A program made the position numbers and the translations under genes. The notes under the pieces were generated by a model that did not search any database, was not told the DNA's origin, and was given only the letters and a program-made list of their open reading frames with translations. A stretch of 64,000 nucleotides of DNA from Lama glama (taxonomy: Eukaryota): the NCBI GenBank assembly GCA_028534125.1, contig CM052817.1:91266001-91330000 (forward strand), in the 5' to 3' direction. Below, piece by piece: positions 36,916 to 50,585 of this stretch; positions within the stretch are counted from its first letter, which is position 1, and each line of letters begins with the position of its first letter.

Positions 36916-39479
36916 CATGACTGCTTTTCCTGACTAGCATAAATTAGATATATCACACTTTAAAACCAAATATATAACTGTGTGCTCTAACAGATACAAT
37001 ACCAAAGGCAACAGGCTTTAAAGTTTTTTTTTAAATGATGGGTAGGAATCAAAGGGAGACATTCTATTCATTTAATGTTTTCTTCCTATAATTTGGGAGA
37101 AGAATGACAATTTCCTATTTTAGTAATAACAGCTCTCTAACCACCAATGGTAGAGTTATTTGAGAACCACCAGTTTAATCCAGTGCCCTCATTTTACACA
37201 TCAGGAAACTGAGGCTCCAAGAAGTTAAATAATTTGAGCAAAGTTACACAGTATCTTATGATTTCAAGGTCAAAACTTCTACGAAACAATCTTCTATAAA
37301 ACTTAGAAGCTGCAAAATGGATGAAAAGTTAAATCCATTTTACTATTACTATATTTATAAGTTATAAACTATAAAGGGGTTGATGGTTTGTGTTTTAATG
37401 TCAAAAGCTAAAGCAATGGTTAAGTGTCTTTCTGAGAAATTATGAAAAAAATGGGAAAAACTTTTGAGCAGTGAATGGTGGGATAACAATAAGAGGTCAA
37501 ACAAGTCTTCTGATACAGCCAAACTAACAATGAAATTGAAAGCTGGAGTGTGGTATGTTGGACATGTTTAGGGAAATAAAACGGGTCATGAAAACTAAGC
37601 TCTAAGAAAATTAGGTCTATCAAGGACAAGCTGGAATCAAGTAAAGCTTGGTTCATCAACCCTGGAAGATAGCCAATAGACACATGAGTGAAATTCTATA
37701 TATTTACACAGAGAAAGGATGGTTTATTTCATATGTCTTATACTACTGCTTAATTCTCTATTTTTGGTCTTTTACATTACTGATTTGTTTTATTTAATAG
37801 TCAGGTTTTATAAAATATTATTAAAATGAAGATGTTTGAACCCATAGTCACATATTCACCCATTTATTCAACAAATAATTATTCAGCACTTACTTCAAGT
37901 AAGTTCCTGTTGTAGGCATCCATTACTACACCTAGTACAACTGAATTATGTAACAAAAGAGAAAAATTAAGGCTTCTCAATTCACACAGAACTCCCACCA
38001 AAGGTAGAATTCTTAGACAGTATGATATACAAAACTGCTTATACATGAAATTAGAGAGTAGTAGTGAATGGGTATAAGCTACATTTTGCACTACCACCCA
38101 GCAAAGTTAAATTATTTACATGTACAAAAGCGTTCATAAGGCATGAATTTTTAATACTGGGTTCACAAAAGCAAAATTTTGTTAACAAAATGTGCATTTT
38201 TCTGAGGAAAATGACCATGGCTATTTTCAGATTCTCAAAGAGGTCCATGACTCCCAAAAGTTATTTTATCGTAAATGACCATGCCATATGCATTTATAGA
38301 CCATGAAAACCTGACAATGAGTAAGGATCCAGCATGTACATCTTGAAACTGATGATTTGGCCATTTTTGAAACTGATGATTTGGCTTAGGTTCATGTTTT
38401 CTGCATTTTACTTGGGTTATTCCTGGACCAGACTCTCCTTGAGTTTGATTCTTCACTGTATGGTTAATACTAGGCAAAACACTGCTTCTAATTCTTAGCA
38501 GTCACTCCAGAAGGACTGTCACCTGATTCTTACAGCTAGTCTTTTCTAATGGATGTTAGAAAGTTGTCTTCAAAAAGCATTTATTAAGCACACATATGTG
38601 CATGATACCCTGCAAAGTGAGTTGAAATGGTTAATGATCTATTTTAAATAATATTTATGACAGCTGATTTCAAGAGCTTGGGTTCTTTATTATCATTAGA
38701 GAATGTACAGTATCTTGAATACTCTGGAGATTTTTTTCAATTCCTGTGAAACTTTACAAGGACTAACACATGATTCTTGTTTAGCATGTTTTTGAAAAAC
38801 TTTACAATGGAGTTCTTAACTAAAATATATCGCAACTATAAGCCAAATTCTATTTTGATTGATTCCAAAAGGAATATTCAAATTAACTAATTTCCTCCCC
38901 TCGAAATACAGCTTCTGCACCTACCCACTGAAAAGTTCTTCAAGGTTAATATAGAGCTTTAAATCGTCAAGCCCAGCAACCTTTTCTTAGTCTCCAACTG
39001 ACTCTTCTCTAAACAAATGACATTACTGACCACCCTTTATTAAAATCCTTCCCTTCATTTGATTTTCATGATAATAAACTGTCTGGCTTTGTTTTTCTCC
39101 AATTTGTTTCTTTTCAGTTGACTTCGCCCACTTCAGCACAACCCTTAAATGATGGTTCTCCCAAAGTGTGGGCCTGAGCCACCTTCTCTTTTCACTCTCC
39201 ACTCTCTCAAGAATGGTAGTTAGTATCCCTTTACCACCAGGGCTTTCAATATTTCTGAATTGACTCAAAAATCAGCATGTCCAGTCTTGACTTATTTTTT
39301 GTTTAGCTCCAGGTTCTAATTTCTAGTTATATGGTAAACATCTTTATTTGGATAACCCACTGGTACCTAAAGGTCTTTTATCTACAAATTTCCTTTGTTT
39401 CCTCTATCTTTAACATCACCATCATCCCAGGCTAGAAATCCTGAATCATATGTGTTCTAGTTTAGGAAGTCATCTCATA

Positions 39480-40710
39480 TAATTTTTGAGGGGGATTTAA
39501 AACATATATGAAATTACCCCAAAAATACATAACAAACAGTCACAACCCCACCATCCAGATCAAACAACTGTTATCATTTCGTTATTTATACTTGAAGATA
39601 CTGTTTCTCCGTAATAAGTAACACATTACAGGTGAAGATAACATCTTTGAGTACCACCCCCAGTCCTCACTGGCCATTCTGTTTCTCCAAAGAAACTACC
39701 ATCATGAGTTCTGTGTAAATTCTTCCAGTCTATTTTTTATACTTCTGTCTGTGTGTTTCCCAGAATGATATATGGTATTATTCTGCATGCTCTGGGTACA
39801 TAAATGACATCTTACTATATATACCATTTTAAAAATTACTTTCTTAGCTCAAGATTCACATTATATCTATATTGGTATAAGTAAATATAGCTATGCTCTT
39901 AGATGCTTCAAAGTATTCCTGCCTGTGCATGAATATACCCCATTTTGTTTATCAAATTATCTACTGGTAGGCAAATAAAAGTTGTTTCCATTTTTTCACT
40001 TTTATAAACAATGCTGCAAAAAATTCTTGTCTCCCTCTTCTTAAGCATGTATGCTAGAGTCTCTCCACAGTCTATACCCACAAATAGAATTTTTAGGTCA
40101 TAGAATAGTGTATTTTTTTAAAATACGGAACGGTTCACAAGTTTGAGTGTCATCTTTGCACAGTGGCCATGCTAATCATCTCTGTATCCTTCCAGTTTTA
40201 GTATATGTGCTGCCGAAGCGAGCACAGAATAATGTATTTTTAATTTTATACATTACTCTCTCCAATGTAGCTGTGTAAGTCTAAAATCCCACCAGTGATG
40301 TGTTTTAGTTTCCATTTTTTTCACATTCCTGTCAATATAAAATATAATCAGACTTAAAGGATTTTTGTCATCTGTTGGATGACAAAAAAATGTTCACTGT
40401 TGTATTAATTTCCACATACTTCTAAGTACTGAGGATAAACTTTTTTTCCCATATACTTATTGGCCATTAACATTTTGCACCATGAATTGCCTATTCTTAT
40501 CCTTAGTCATTTTTCTATGACACTTTTTGTCTTACTGATTGGTAGAATGTTAACATATTCTAGATAATAATTCAGATACGTATTCCAAATATCTTCTGCC
40601 AGCCTGCAGTTTGACTTTTACTTTGGTTGGTCTATAGCATCCTCTGTCCTACAAAATTTTTAAGTTTGATACAGTCAAATTAATATGTGTTTTCCCTTAC
40701 AGTGTTTCTT
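39480..40710 (-). mobile_element. Old L1 (L1ME-like) 3' region, host of the U6 retrocopy
   Basis: gttgtttccattttttcacttttataaacaatgctgc..., atacttattggccatt..., tgcctattcttatcctt are antisense L1 3' motifs. Confidence 0.75.
40120..40225 (-). pseudogene. Full-length U6 snRNA retropseudogene
   Basis: Reverse complement reads GTGCTCGCTTCGGCAGCACATATACTAAAA...ACAGAGA...CGTTCCGTATTTT, about 11 substitutions in 106 nt versus recalled U6. A-tail and 16-bp TSD at 40102-40117 / 40226-40241. Confidence 0.95.
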
Positions 40711-41798
40711 AAATAGCCCATGGAATAAAAAGGAAACATAAAGGAATTAAGAAATATTTAGAAATGAATTATAACAAAAATACATGTCAAACTATATATG
40801 ACACAGCCAGAACAATACTTAAGAGATCAGGAAATGAAAGGTTTAAAAATAAACAAGCTAAGCATTCAATTCATAAAGATAGAAAAATCAACAGTTCAAA
40901 CCCAAAGAAACTAGAAGGAAGGAAATAATAAAGAGCAGGAAAAATGAAATATAGAGTAATAATTTTAAAAAATAAAGATTCATAAAACCACAAGTTGATT
41001 TTAGAAAGACTAATAAAATAGATAGACCTTTACAAGAGTTACCAAGAAAAGAAGGTACATGTATGATACAGAACAAAAGGGGAGAAATAACCACAGTTAC
41101 AATAGATATAAAAATAATAAATCAATATTATGAACGATTATATGCTACTAGAGTTGAAATCTGTACAAACTTGTATAAAGAAGTTATATAAAATGTATAA
41201 AGAAAAAACAGAATAGTAAGTAGCAAAGAAATTAAAATGTAGTCCAAAACTTCCTCTCAAAAAAAAAAAAAAAACCCAAGTTTTTAAAATGTCTTTATTG
41301 GAAAATTCTAGCAAAAATTTAAATTAATTACTATCTTAGAGAAGTTGCTGTAGAAAATAGAAAAGAAAAATAAGTGAAAGCAACCTGGATTATTTTATGA
41401 GCCTAGTGTAATCTTGATTCAAAACCAAATAATAATAATACAAGAAAAGAAATCAGAGCTCCATATTACTTATGAAAGGTCCTTAACTTAAAGCAAAACA
41501 GAGTAAAATGATGAAAAACACACCCTCAAATGCAAGGAGAGTTCAATGCCTGAGAATACATCAATTAACTGATCCTATTAACAGATTAAAGAAGAAAAAT
41601 CATGACTTATCAAAGAATGCTGAAAAAGCATCTGATAGGACTCCATGTATAATAATACAAAAGCAAAATCAAAGGATTATATGGAAATTCCTTACCCTGG
41701 TACATATTATATACTAAAACCTACAAGAAACATTAAATGTCAAGTTGAAACTTCATATACATGTCCTTCAAGATTAGGAACAAAACAAAAATGCCAGT

Positions 41799-42560
41799 GG
41801 GGATGTAAATGGGTGCAGTCACTATGGAAAACAGTATGGAGATTCCTTAAAAAACTAAAAACAGTTCACTCCAGCAATTCCATTCCTGGGTGTACATTCC
41901 AAGAAAACAAAAACACCATTTCAAAAAGATATATGCACCCCAATGTTCATACCAGCATTGTTTACAATAGCCAAGACACAGAAGCAACCTAAGTGTACAT
42001 CAACAGAAGAATGGATAAAGAAGATGTGTGTGGGGGGGGTGTATAAATATATATAATGGAATACTACTCAGCCATTAAAAAGAATGAAATTTTGCCATTT
42101 GCAACAATATGGATGGACTTGAAGGGTACTATATGCTTAGTGAAATAATTCAGATAGAGAAAGAAATACTGTATGATTTCACTTATATGTGGAATCTAAA
42201 AATTAAACTAGTGAATATAACAAAAAAGAAAGACTCACAGATATAGAAGACAAAACAGTGGTTACTGGCGGAGAGAGAGAAGGAGGAGTGGCAAGATAGG
42301 GAAAGAGGATTAAGAGGTATAAACCACTATGTACTAAATGAATAAGCTACAAGGATGTATTATACAGAACAGGAAATACAGCCAATATTTTATAATAACT
42401 ATAAATGGAGTATAACCTTTAGCCACTGTGAATCACTATGCTGTACATCTGAAATGTACGTAATATTGTAAATCAACTACACCTTAATAAAATATTTTTT
42501 AATTAAAAAAATTTTTTAAGAAAATCTACTACAAAAAAAATAATAAATAACCCCAATGGG
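41799..42560 (+). mobile_element. Younger L1 3' end nested in older L1
   Basis: actatggaaaacagtatggagattcctt...atactactcagccattaaaaagaatgaaat...cacttatatgtggaatct...ttgtaaatcaactac; flanked by direct repeat aatgccagt (41790-41798 / 42561-42569). Confidence 0.9.
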
Positions 42561-42654
42561 AATGCCAGTTAATATCACTACTCTTTAATATATTGGAGTT
42601 CTTGGCCAACATCATAAGAAATGAAGAAGAAAGAAGATGACTGGAGATTAGAGG

Positions 42655-42859
42655 AAAGGAGACCTGAGCTGTCCGAGCTGAGGCCATCCTATACCAGTAA
42701 GATCCACAGCGGATCCACAGAAAACCACAACAGGAGTAAGCCCAGCCCATCTCAGCAGAACCACATAACTAATCCATAGACTCAGGAGAAACAGTACCTG
42801 GTTCTTGTTTCGAGCCAATAAATTTTGGAGTGGTTTGTTATGAAGTAACAGCTGATACA
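42655..42859 (+). mobile_element. MLT1 LTR 3' fragment
   Basis: gagccaataaattttggagtggtttgttatgaagtaacagctgataca terminus. Confidence 0.75.
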
Positions 42860-43219
42860 ACTGAGAATTCTGTGATATATCCATTACTGGGCTACTAGAA
42901 AGGTAAAATGTGGTAGATGTCTATCATGGAGAACTGTGCAGCAGTTAGATGCAACAGATTAGATATACAAAGCAACATGGATACTAAGAAGAGCACTTAC
43001 ATAAAAAGTAGGAAACAGAGTAAGATACATAATACCATTTATATAAATTTTAAATATATGCAATAGGATATACATACTTAATACATTTTTAAAAACCTGT
43101 TCAATTTAAATTTGATGCTTATGAAGGAGGGAGATGGGATTGTGGTATAAATAAAAACGATAAAGAGAAATAAATAAATCAATTGAAAAATAAAACAAGA
43201 ATGTATGAAATAGGGATCT

Positions 43220-46140
43220 AATTTTACTTTTCGCTCTATAAAAAGCTAACTATTCTACTATAATTCATTGAGTAGTCCTTCCTTTCAATAAATCCATGTC
43301 TATTATATACCAGGCATAATGTATGCTTCCTCTGTTTCTGGGCTCTCTATTCTATCCTATTCAACTATGTCTAGGGGCCAATAACATGTTTTAAAACGCT
43401 GTATAGTTTTAGAATCATTCTTTATGAATAGTACCCCTTAGTTTGTTCTTTTGCGGAATTGCCTATAGACTATTTTTGGACCTTTTATCTAAGAGCTTGT
43501 CAAATTCCACCAAAAAAAGTCCTCTTGGAATTTTGATTGGAATTGTATTGAATTTAAAGATTAACTGGGGAATAATTAACAGCTTTACCATGCCCAGTTT
43601 TCCATGTATGCTTGTGGGTTAAAGATTAAAGGAAACAATGATATGATTTTGGTCTGTTTAGGTTTTTTATTTCCTCTTAAGGAAGTTGTATATCTCATTT
43701 ATTTATGTCCCTCCATAAAGTTAAATTCTTATTTTCATAAAGGTATTACATATTATTGTTAGATTTATTCCCAAATCCTAATTAAGTTTTTAAACTATGA
43801 ATGCATTTTTTGTTTTATTTTCTAATTATTGCTCACTTTTGTATATAGCAACCTTGATGAACCTTCTAAGAGCAGTTTTTAAACCTAGTCATTTAAATTT
43901 GTGTTAAATCTTCTGCAAATAACATTGTTTCTTCCTTTCTGATCTTTATGCCCTTTATTTTTCTTGTCTTATCTGCATTTGCTATACACCCTCCAATAAT
44001 AATTCCAGTTAGTAAACATGACAAATGGAATCCTGTTTCCCTATTAGGAAATTTGCTAAAGATTTATATATATATCTACATATATTTATATATATAGGTA
44101 TATCCCTTATCAAGTGCCAATCCAGAGTCTTTATCCTCAAAAGATGGTGAATTTTAACAAATGCTTTTTGGATCTACTGAGATGATTATATGGGTTTTCT
44201 CTGTTATTCATATGGTGAATTACATCAGTAAAGTTTAATATTTAACCTTCTCTGCCTTCCTACTATGTATTTAGTCATTCCATATTTTTTAATGAATCAT
44301 TAAATGTTAGATTTGATTTGCTATTCTTAATTTAGAACATTTGTAGCTATAATGATACATCAATTTGGCAAGAAATTTTCTTTTCTTATACTGGATCAGT
44401 ATTAATGTTAAGGTTATATACTAGCTTCATAAAATAAGCTGGAAAGCTTTCCCAGCTTTCCCTCTTTTACTGTTTTCTATTATAGTTCGTATATGATAGG
44501 GATTATGTATCCCTTTAAATTTTAGTAATAAACCTGGGTCTGATGGGTTTTATTTGAATGAAGAGATGCATATGTAAAATTAAAGAACTTAAATGGTTAC
44601 TGATTTGTTTAGGTTTTCTATTTCTTCTTGAGTCAGTTGTAATTTATATATATATTTTTAATTGCCCACCTTGTAGGTTTTCAAATTTCTTGGCCATAGA
44701 TTCTTTACAGTATTGTTCTCTTACGATTTTTAAACTCTCTATTCTGTTGGTCATATTTTTGTTCTTCATAGTGCTTATTTATCCTTGATCTGCATTTATA
44801 GAGATTTGTCCATTTTTATTAATTTTTTGATTTTATTAATAATCTATTCTTTTATTTTCTATTTAATTAATATTGACTCTTATTTTTATTATTTCATTTC
44901 TTCTACTTAATTTGGATTTATTCTGTTGGTCCTTTATTAACATCTGGAGTTGAACATATGCTCATTACTTCAATCTTTCTTATTTTCCAATAAACACACC
45001 TAGAGCTATTAATTTTCCCAGTGAGTTCTGCTTAAGTCACATCTCAAATTTTCATGTGATGCTGTGTTATTTAGCTGCAAATATTTCATAGTTTTTATTT
45101 CTTCTTTCATCCATTAGTGAGGTTTTAATATTCTAAAGTATTTTGATTGTCTTTTCATTGTTGATTTTCTAATTTTATGGCATTATGATGAAATAATATA
45201 TTTTTGAATGACACTGATTTTCCAGAGATTGCTGAGATTCATCTGTGACCTAAGACAGTTAAAAACTGACCTGTATACAACTGGGAAAAAAGTATAAGGT
45301 TGTATTTTACTCAGTTAGGTATATATGTTCTATAGATCTCCAGTTTACGCAATTTGTTAATCCTGTAGTTCAACTCTTTGATGTCATTTTAAATTTTGTG
45401 TCTGCCTGATTTCTCAATTTTGACAGGGGTGTTTTTAACTCCCACTGTTCTGCAGACATGTCCACTTCTTGCAATTCTGAAAGCTTTTGCTTTTAATGGT
45501 ATTTCAAATCTATACTGTTAGAGGCATATAGGTGTGTAATTATATTTTCTGGATTGTTCCTTTAAGCAGTTTGACTAGATTTTTTTAAAATAACCTTTAA
45601 AAATTAATTTATTATTGTTATTTATTTTTATTTATTTATTTTTTGCAGGGGGGAGGTAACTAGGTTTTATCATCTATTTTTATAGAAACTACTGGGGATT
45701 GAACCCAGGACCTCGTGTATACTAAGCATGTACTCTACCACTTGAGCTATACCCTTCCCCAACTTTTAACAGTTCGAAGAGTCTCTCTTTGTCCCAATTA
45801 AGGATTCATACTCTGAATTCTATTTTACTACAGCAGCTTCCTTTGGTTAGTATTTTTCTGATAATTACATTTTTCCATTCTTTTTATTTAATTTTGTTTT
45901 GTATATGTTAAAAATAGCAGGCAGGCTCATGTTAAGATCAGAATTGGTAATTTTAATATAATTTCTGATGTTTTGGAGTATTTCTACTATCTTGATATAT
46001 CACATATATTTCTTCCACAGCTTTTTTTTCTCCTTGTTCCCTCTTTGTTAGATTGAATAAAAGTTTAATTTATTCCCTAAACTACTCCCCCAATTTAGTA
46101 TTTTGGAACAAATACCTCCTATTTCTATTATTTTAGTATG
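43220..46140 (-). mobile_element. Old L1 ORF2 relic (antisense)
   Basis: ttggaattttgattggaattgtattgaattta, aaatgctttttggatctactgagatgattatatgg, ggttatatactagcttcataaaat; probably continuous with 39480-40710. Confidence 0.8.
45601..45760 (-). mobile_element. tRNA-derived SINE (camelid Vic-1-like) inserted in old L1
   Basis: Homologous to the 36753-36915 copy (same head and aaacctagttacctcccccc tail); probable TSD aac(c/t)tttaa. Confidence 0.88.
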
Positions 46141-46623
46141 CTCTAGTTGCTTAAAATAAATGTCCTTGTTTTCACTTCTCATCTTCTCCAGATCATGTTT
46201 CACACAGTTCCTATTTTATTCAAAGGCCACCACAAAATCTGGTTCCACTCCATCTTTCTAGGCTTATTTCTCTCAACCATTTGCTTCTACTAATCTCTAG
46301 TTAAACTACATCACCCGTCAGTCTCTAAATAAAACATAGGATTTCTGAAATTCTGTTCTGGTTCACCATGTTTTTCTGATTCACTCACTCATTAAATAAA
46401 TACTTTATTGAAAACCTACTTGGTGCCTGGCTCTGAGCAATACCAGTGAACACAACGAATATGGTCTCTGGCTTTATGAAGCATCACATGGAAACATACA
46501 ATAGCATGGAAATATAATAGAGTAAAACTTTATGAATACATGATTCCATTCAGGTAACTTAACTGGAATTGGCTCCCATCTTCCACTCTATCCTCAAATA
46601 GCAGTCCTTAGAATATACAACCA

Positions 46624-46637
46624 CCAGCAGGTGGCAC
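46624..46637 (+). promoter_or_regulatory. CTCF core motif match
   Basis: CCAGCAGGTGGCAC fits CCASYAGRKGGCRS at all 14 positions. Confidence 0.5.
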
Positions 46638-46930
46638 CAAACCACCTAAGCCAGACCTTAAACTGATTTGGATACTTTAGTTTGAATCCTGCAACCTATT
46701 CTCCTCCACTGACTCAGGTCATTTTATTAAATTTATAATGCCATTACTTTATGTGATTTCAATTTTTTTAATATTTATTTACTACATTATCATAGGAGTT
46801 TATTGTATCATAAGTTGCAGGAGCTAACCAAAAGCGAAAAAAGAATGGGGGTCTCTGACAAAAATAATAGAACACTCCTAATTGAGATTGAAGAGTATTA
46901 GATAAAGCTGCTCGCTTTCTTGCACACGCG

Positions 46931-46953
46931 CTCTCTCTCTCTCTCTCTCTCTC
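46931..46953. repeat. (CT)n microsatellite
   Basis: About 11 CT units. Confidence 0.95.
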
Positions 46954-49900
46954 AGAAAGTGACTTTCAAACTGATACCTAAAGGATGACCAGGAGTTAAA
47001 AGCTGAAAAGGGAAAGCAAAAGACTCTAAAAAGAAAACAGCATAGGTGAGCACCCAGAGAAGGAAAAGTCTGGATTAATGGGAAGCTAAAAAGGCAACCG
47101 TGTGTGGCTGTCTGGGGTGGGGATATTGCATACTTCATCAGAGTACAATGCTTAAGAGCTTGGGCCCTGGAGCCCTACTTACCATCTGATTTTAAGTCTT
47201 TGCTCCACCACTTAAATAACTGCCTAGCATTGAAAAGGTTATACTTGTTTAAAGTATTAAATCTACTGTTATATAAAGCCCTAAGAACTTATTCCTGGCA
47301 ATGAAGGAAAGAAATCTTAATGTTAGGGTTGTTTTGTTGCTATTATTGTTCTTATTGTTTCTAGGTAGATGAGAGGAACCAAATTATTGAGTGTCTTGAG
47401 GCCATGTTAAAAATCCTGGGGTGGGGGGACCTGAATATTATCCTAAGTGCAATTAGAACCCACTAAAAGGTTTTAGGGAGGGACATATCATGATCCAATT
47501 TGCAAATACATTTTTTAAATTACTTTGGCTACAATGTGAAGAATGAATTGCTTAGGGTTGTGGGGAGAAGGGGCAGTAGTGAAAAAAGACCAATTAGAAG
47601 GCCAAAGGCCACTGTAGGAGCTCATGTAAAAAACAACCACAGGTTGGATTAGGCTAGTAACAATGAAGCTGGAAAGAAATTAGCAGACCCAAGATATATT
47701 CTGGAAGCAAAACTGATAGGATTTGGTAATGAACTAGGAGGTAAAAGGGTAGAAGGTGTAAATGATGACTTCTCACAATACACCCCTGCCCCCTGCAATC
47801 TGAATAAAGTCTTTCTTACTGTGCTTTAACAAATATCACAGATGTTTTTCTGTAACACTTCCCAAATGAAATTTTATTTATCTTCCCAGGCTTGCTAACA
47901 TATGAACTTTCCATCACAAGAGCTAACAGCTCTCTCCTCCTCACTCTCACAACACTGATTTTATTAAGCTTTAGGTTATAAAGAGCTGTTTTCTTAAAAA
48001 AAAATTTCCCCAATAGACACAAGCTCCTTTACACTAATGGCCATATCTAATTTCTTGTTCTAGTCCACACACACAAAACTGCTACGTGCACCACAGGCAG
48101 TCTTGCAAAACCCCACAAATGACCTCAGAGCCAAGGCAACTCCTCAAGCTCTTTTCCTTCCTTGGAAGGAAATTCAGCCTGCTTTCTTCTCTTCCCCTTT
48201 CAACTATTCTATTTTTGGAAATGTTTCCCCTAAGGCTAGCTGCAGAATTAACTAGTCACTCACTAGCCTCCCCATTTCTTGAAGCCTCCAAAAACAAGTA
48301 TATAGGAATTATTTTTGTTAACATGCTTGCTAATTACTATTGAAAAACAGAAGGTAACAAAATTAAACACAGGGTTATATTATTTTACAGTGGTGGTCTC
48401 TTAATTTATAATTCCTGACTTCCTTTACAAAATGGTAAACTGAATGCACTGGCTTCTGCTCCATGCTTTAATTCCCAAGGATGAAGTCCACCACAAGTTC
48501 TTCCTTTTTTTGTGTGGAGGCCTCTCTTCCCAGAACATAGGCCTGCAGAAGAAGCCTAGACATAATAATCAATGTCTTCTTATCTCAAGTAGATAACTGG
48601 CACTTCTGAGGGCCTCCTACATAGGTAGTAGGTACGTAATGTAGCAATGGAATTAAAAACAAACGTGATTCTGCCAGTCTTGTTTTTTCCAAACCAAATG
48701 GCTAACGTTCAATGTTGTAAACACAAACAGATGTTAACTATTTTGAGTTTTCTCCTCTTGAAGCAAATCCTTGGTTTCCTCTTCAAAAGAACTGTTTCAT
48801 TCTAAGTTATTATTCTAAACTTTTATTTTCTGAGGATTAAGTTGCAGGAAGAAAAAGATGATATGGAAAAAAAGGATTCAGATTTTCCTGAAAGCCTTGT
48901 CAAACACCACGCACAATAAGAAGTCTCTTTTTGCTTATTAGATTAGAGATATAACTCTTTTCTTTTTGACGAAAAACTTTCTAGAGTGATCTTGTGCAAG
49001 CTCATCTAGTGATTGGAAAATTGCTCCCAACTTCTGGCTAACAAAGAATTTATTTTGTTCAAATATATTTTTAAATAAGTTCTGGAGGATAACCACATAT
49101 TATCACCATCCAGTCTAATAGAAAACACATGAAAAGTATTTATAGTTAAATTTAAAATTTTATTTCTTCATTCCTTTTCAGTAATATATTTAATTTTGGC
49201 TGACTTACAAAGTAAAAAGAAATCAAACATCTAGTTATGACCAAATGCTAAACTTTAACTTGGAGAATATGAGATATCTATTATAAAAACTGGTACTCTA
49301 CCTTAATAATGTCTAATGGAAAGAGAGGAGATGGGCTACATTCTTTCTTCCCTTGATACACTCAATGAAAAAAATTATAGAAATGTAAAAAATTAAAAAA
49401 ATAAAAACTAGTCCTACCTCAGTTCCTAATCCCACTCCCAAATTGTAACTAACCACTACAAACATGTTGAGTTCTTAGCACTGTTCTGATTTTCTGTGAA
49501 TAGGAAAAAGTCACTCGTGTTTTTGATGGTACTGTTTCCATACATAAAAAAAATACAATGCTGAGATTTAGGAATGCTTAATTCCATGTGCCTTTTTCCT
49601 TTGTCCCTAAACCCTCTGCATTAATGGTCAACTATGCCCTCATGATAAAATTTAAGTATGACCCACCAAAATAGCAGTAATGCAATCTTGAACTTACAGA
49701 CTAGCTACCATACTTGGCAATTCTTTGTCTTTCCTCACCTTTCCCCAACCCTATCTATTTCATAATATTTTTTCCTCAAATGCTTATTTTTCTCAACTTA
49801 GTTCGTAAGCTTCTTTGAGGCCAACTACCAACTCTGAATCACTTACTCCCTAGGAGGTATGACAGTACTTTGAATATAACAGGCAGTTTGTACATGATAA

Positions 49901-50387
49901 ATATTAAGTTTACCAGTATCTTAACATATAGAGGAGGAAGAGGGAGAATTTATCTCTTGCTTCAACTGCTTGAAAAGAAACAACTTATGAGTTTACTATT
50001 TTAACTTAATTGCAAATATTAACTGTAAAGAACAATTTCAGGAGTTGTTAATTTATGTAATCTGATTGTGACATAGTAATATTACAGTACAGTGAAATTT
50101 ATATGTTTTCTCCACTAAATTCTAAGTTTCATAAATGCACACATTGCCTGTCCTGTCTACTGCTCTAGCATCATGCTCTAAGTAGTGCTTGGCATATAGT
50201 AGATGCCCAATGAATGTTTATTTGTGAGTTAACAATAGTAAAGCACTACATCACCTCATATAAATCTGAAAGAACATTAGTATCTTTTCACCCTCAACAG
50301 CAATCTTTGTGATGCGTATAACAATGTAAGAAACTACAGTATTAATTGGGTTTTCACAATAGCATAAGCTCTATCACTCCCAACAGT

Positions 50388-50585
50388 CAGGTAATGATTC
50401 TCAAAGTACGATTCCTGAGCCAAAAGCATCAACATCAGCATCACGTGGGGACTTGTTAAAAATGCAAATTCTTGAATCCCACCCCACACCCACTGAATCA
50501 CAAATTCTGGAGGTGGGGTTGAGCAATCTGTATTTAATGAGCACTTTAGATGATTTTGATGGATGCTCAAGTTTGAGAACCACTG
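50388..50585. mobile_element. MER5A MITE
   Basis: ttctcaaagt...catcagcatcacgtggggacttgttaaaaatgcaaattct...ctcaagtttgagaaccactg. Confidence 0.88.

Larger units (their letters stand above)
40714..43200 (+). mobile_element. Old L1 ORF2/3'UTR relic containing nested insertions
   Basis: A-rich decayed ORF2 (aagaatgctgaaaaagcatctgata, agattaggaacaaaacaaaaatgcc...ggagttcttggcca) and an L1ME-like 3' UTR at about 42880-43200. Confidence 0.75.
46378..47775 (-). mobile_element. L2 relic interrupted by (CT)n and a MIR (about 47130-47330)
   Basis: attcactcactcattaaataaatactttattgaaaacctacttggtgcctggc L2 3' end; tatcctaagtgcaattagaacccactaaaaggttttaggg. Confidence 0.65.

Noticed and set aside
38343..38385. 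CRISPR-like repeat or C/D-box snoRNA (TGATGA)
   Set aside because: Only two copies with a 5-bp spacer in a mammalian intron; no properly placed D box or terminal stem.
40120..40225. Functional U6 snRNA gene
   Set aside because: About 10% divergent, with TSD and A tail, embedded in L1, and no recognisable PSE.
41508..41992. ORFs resembling reverse-transcriptase-related peptides
   Set aside because: Decayed L1 ORF2 fragments spanning a nested-insertion junction, with frameshifts and stops.
48400..48555. Possible alternative terminal exon of ELF2 (acceptors tctag| and ttctgcag| followed by about 43-45 open codons)
   Set aside because: Short pyrimidine tract, no canonical poly(A) signal identified and no homology; cannot be distinguished from chance.
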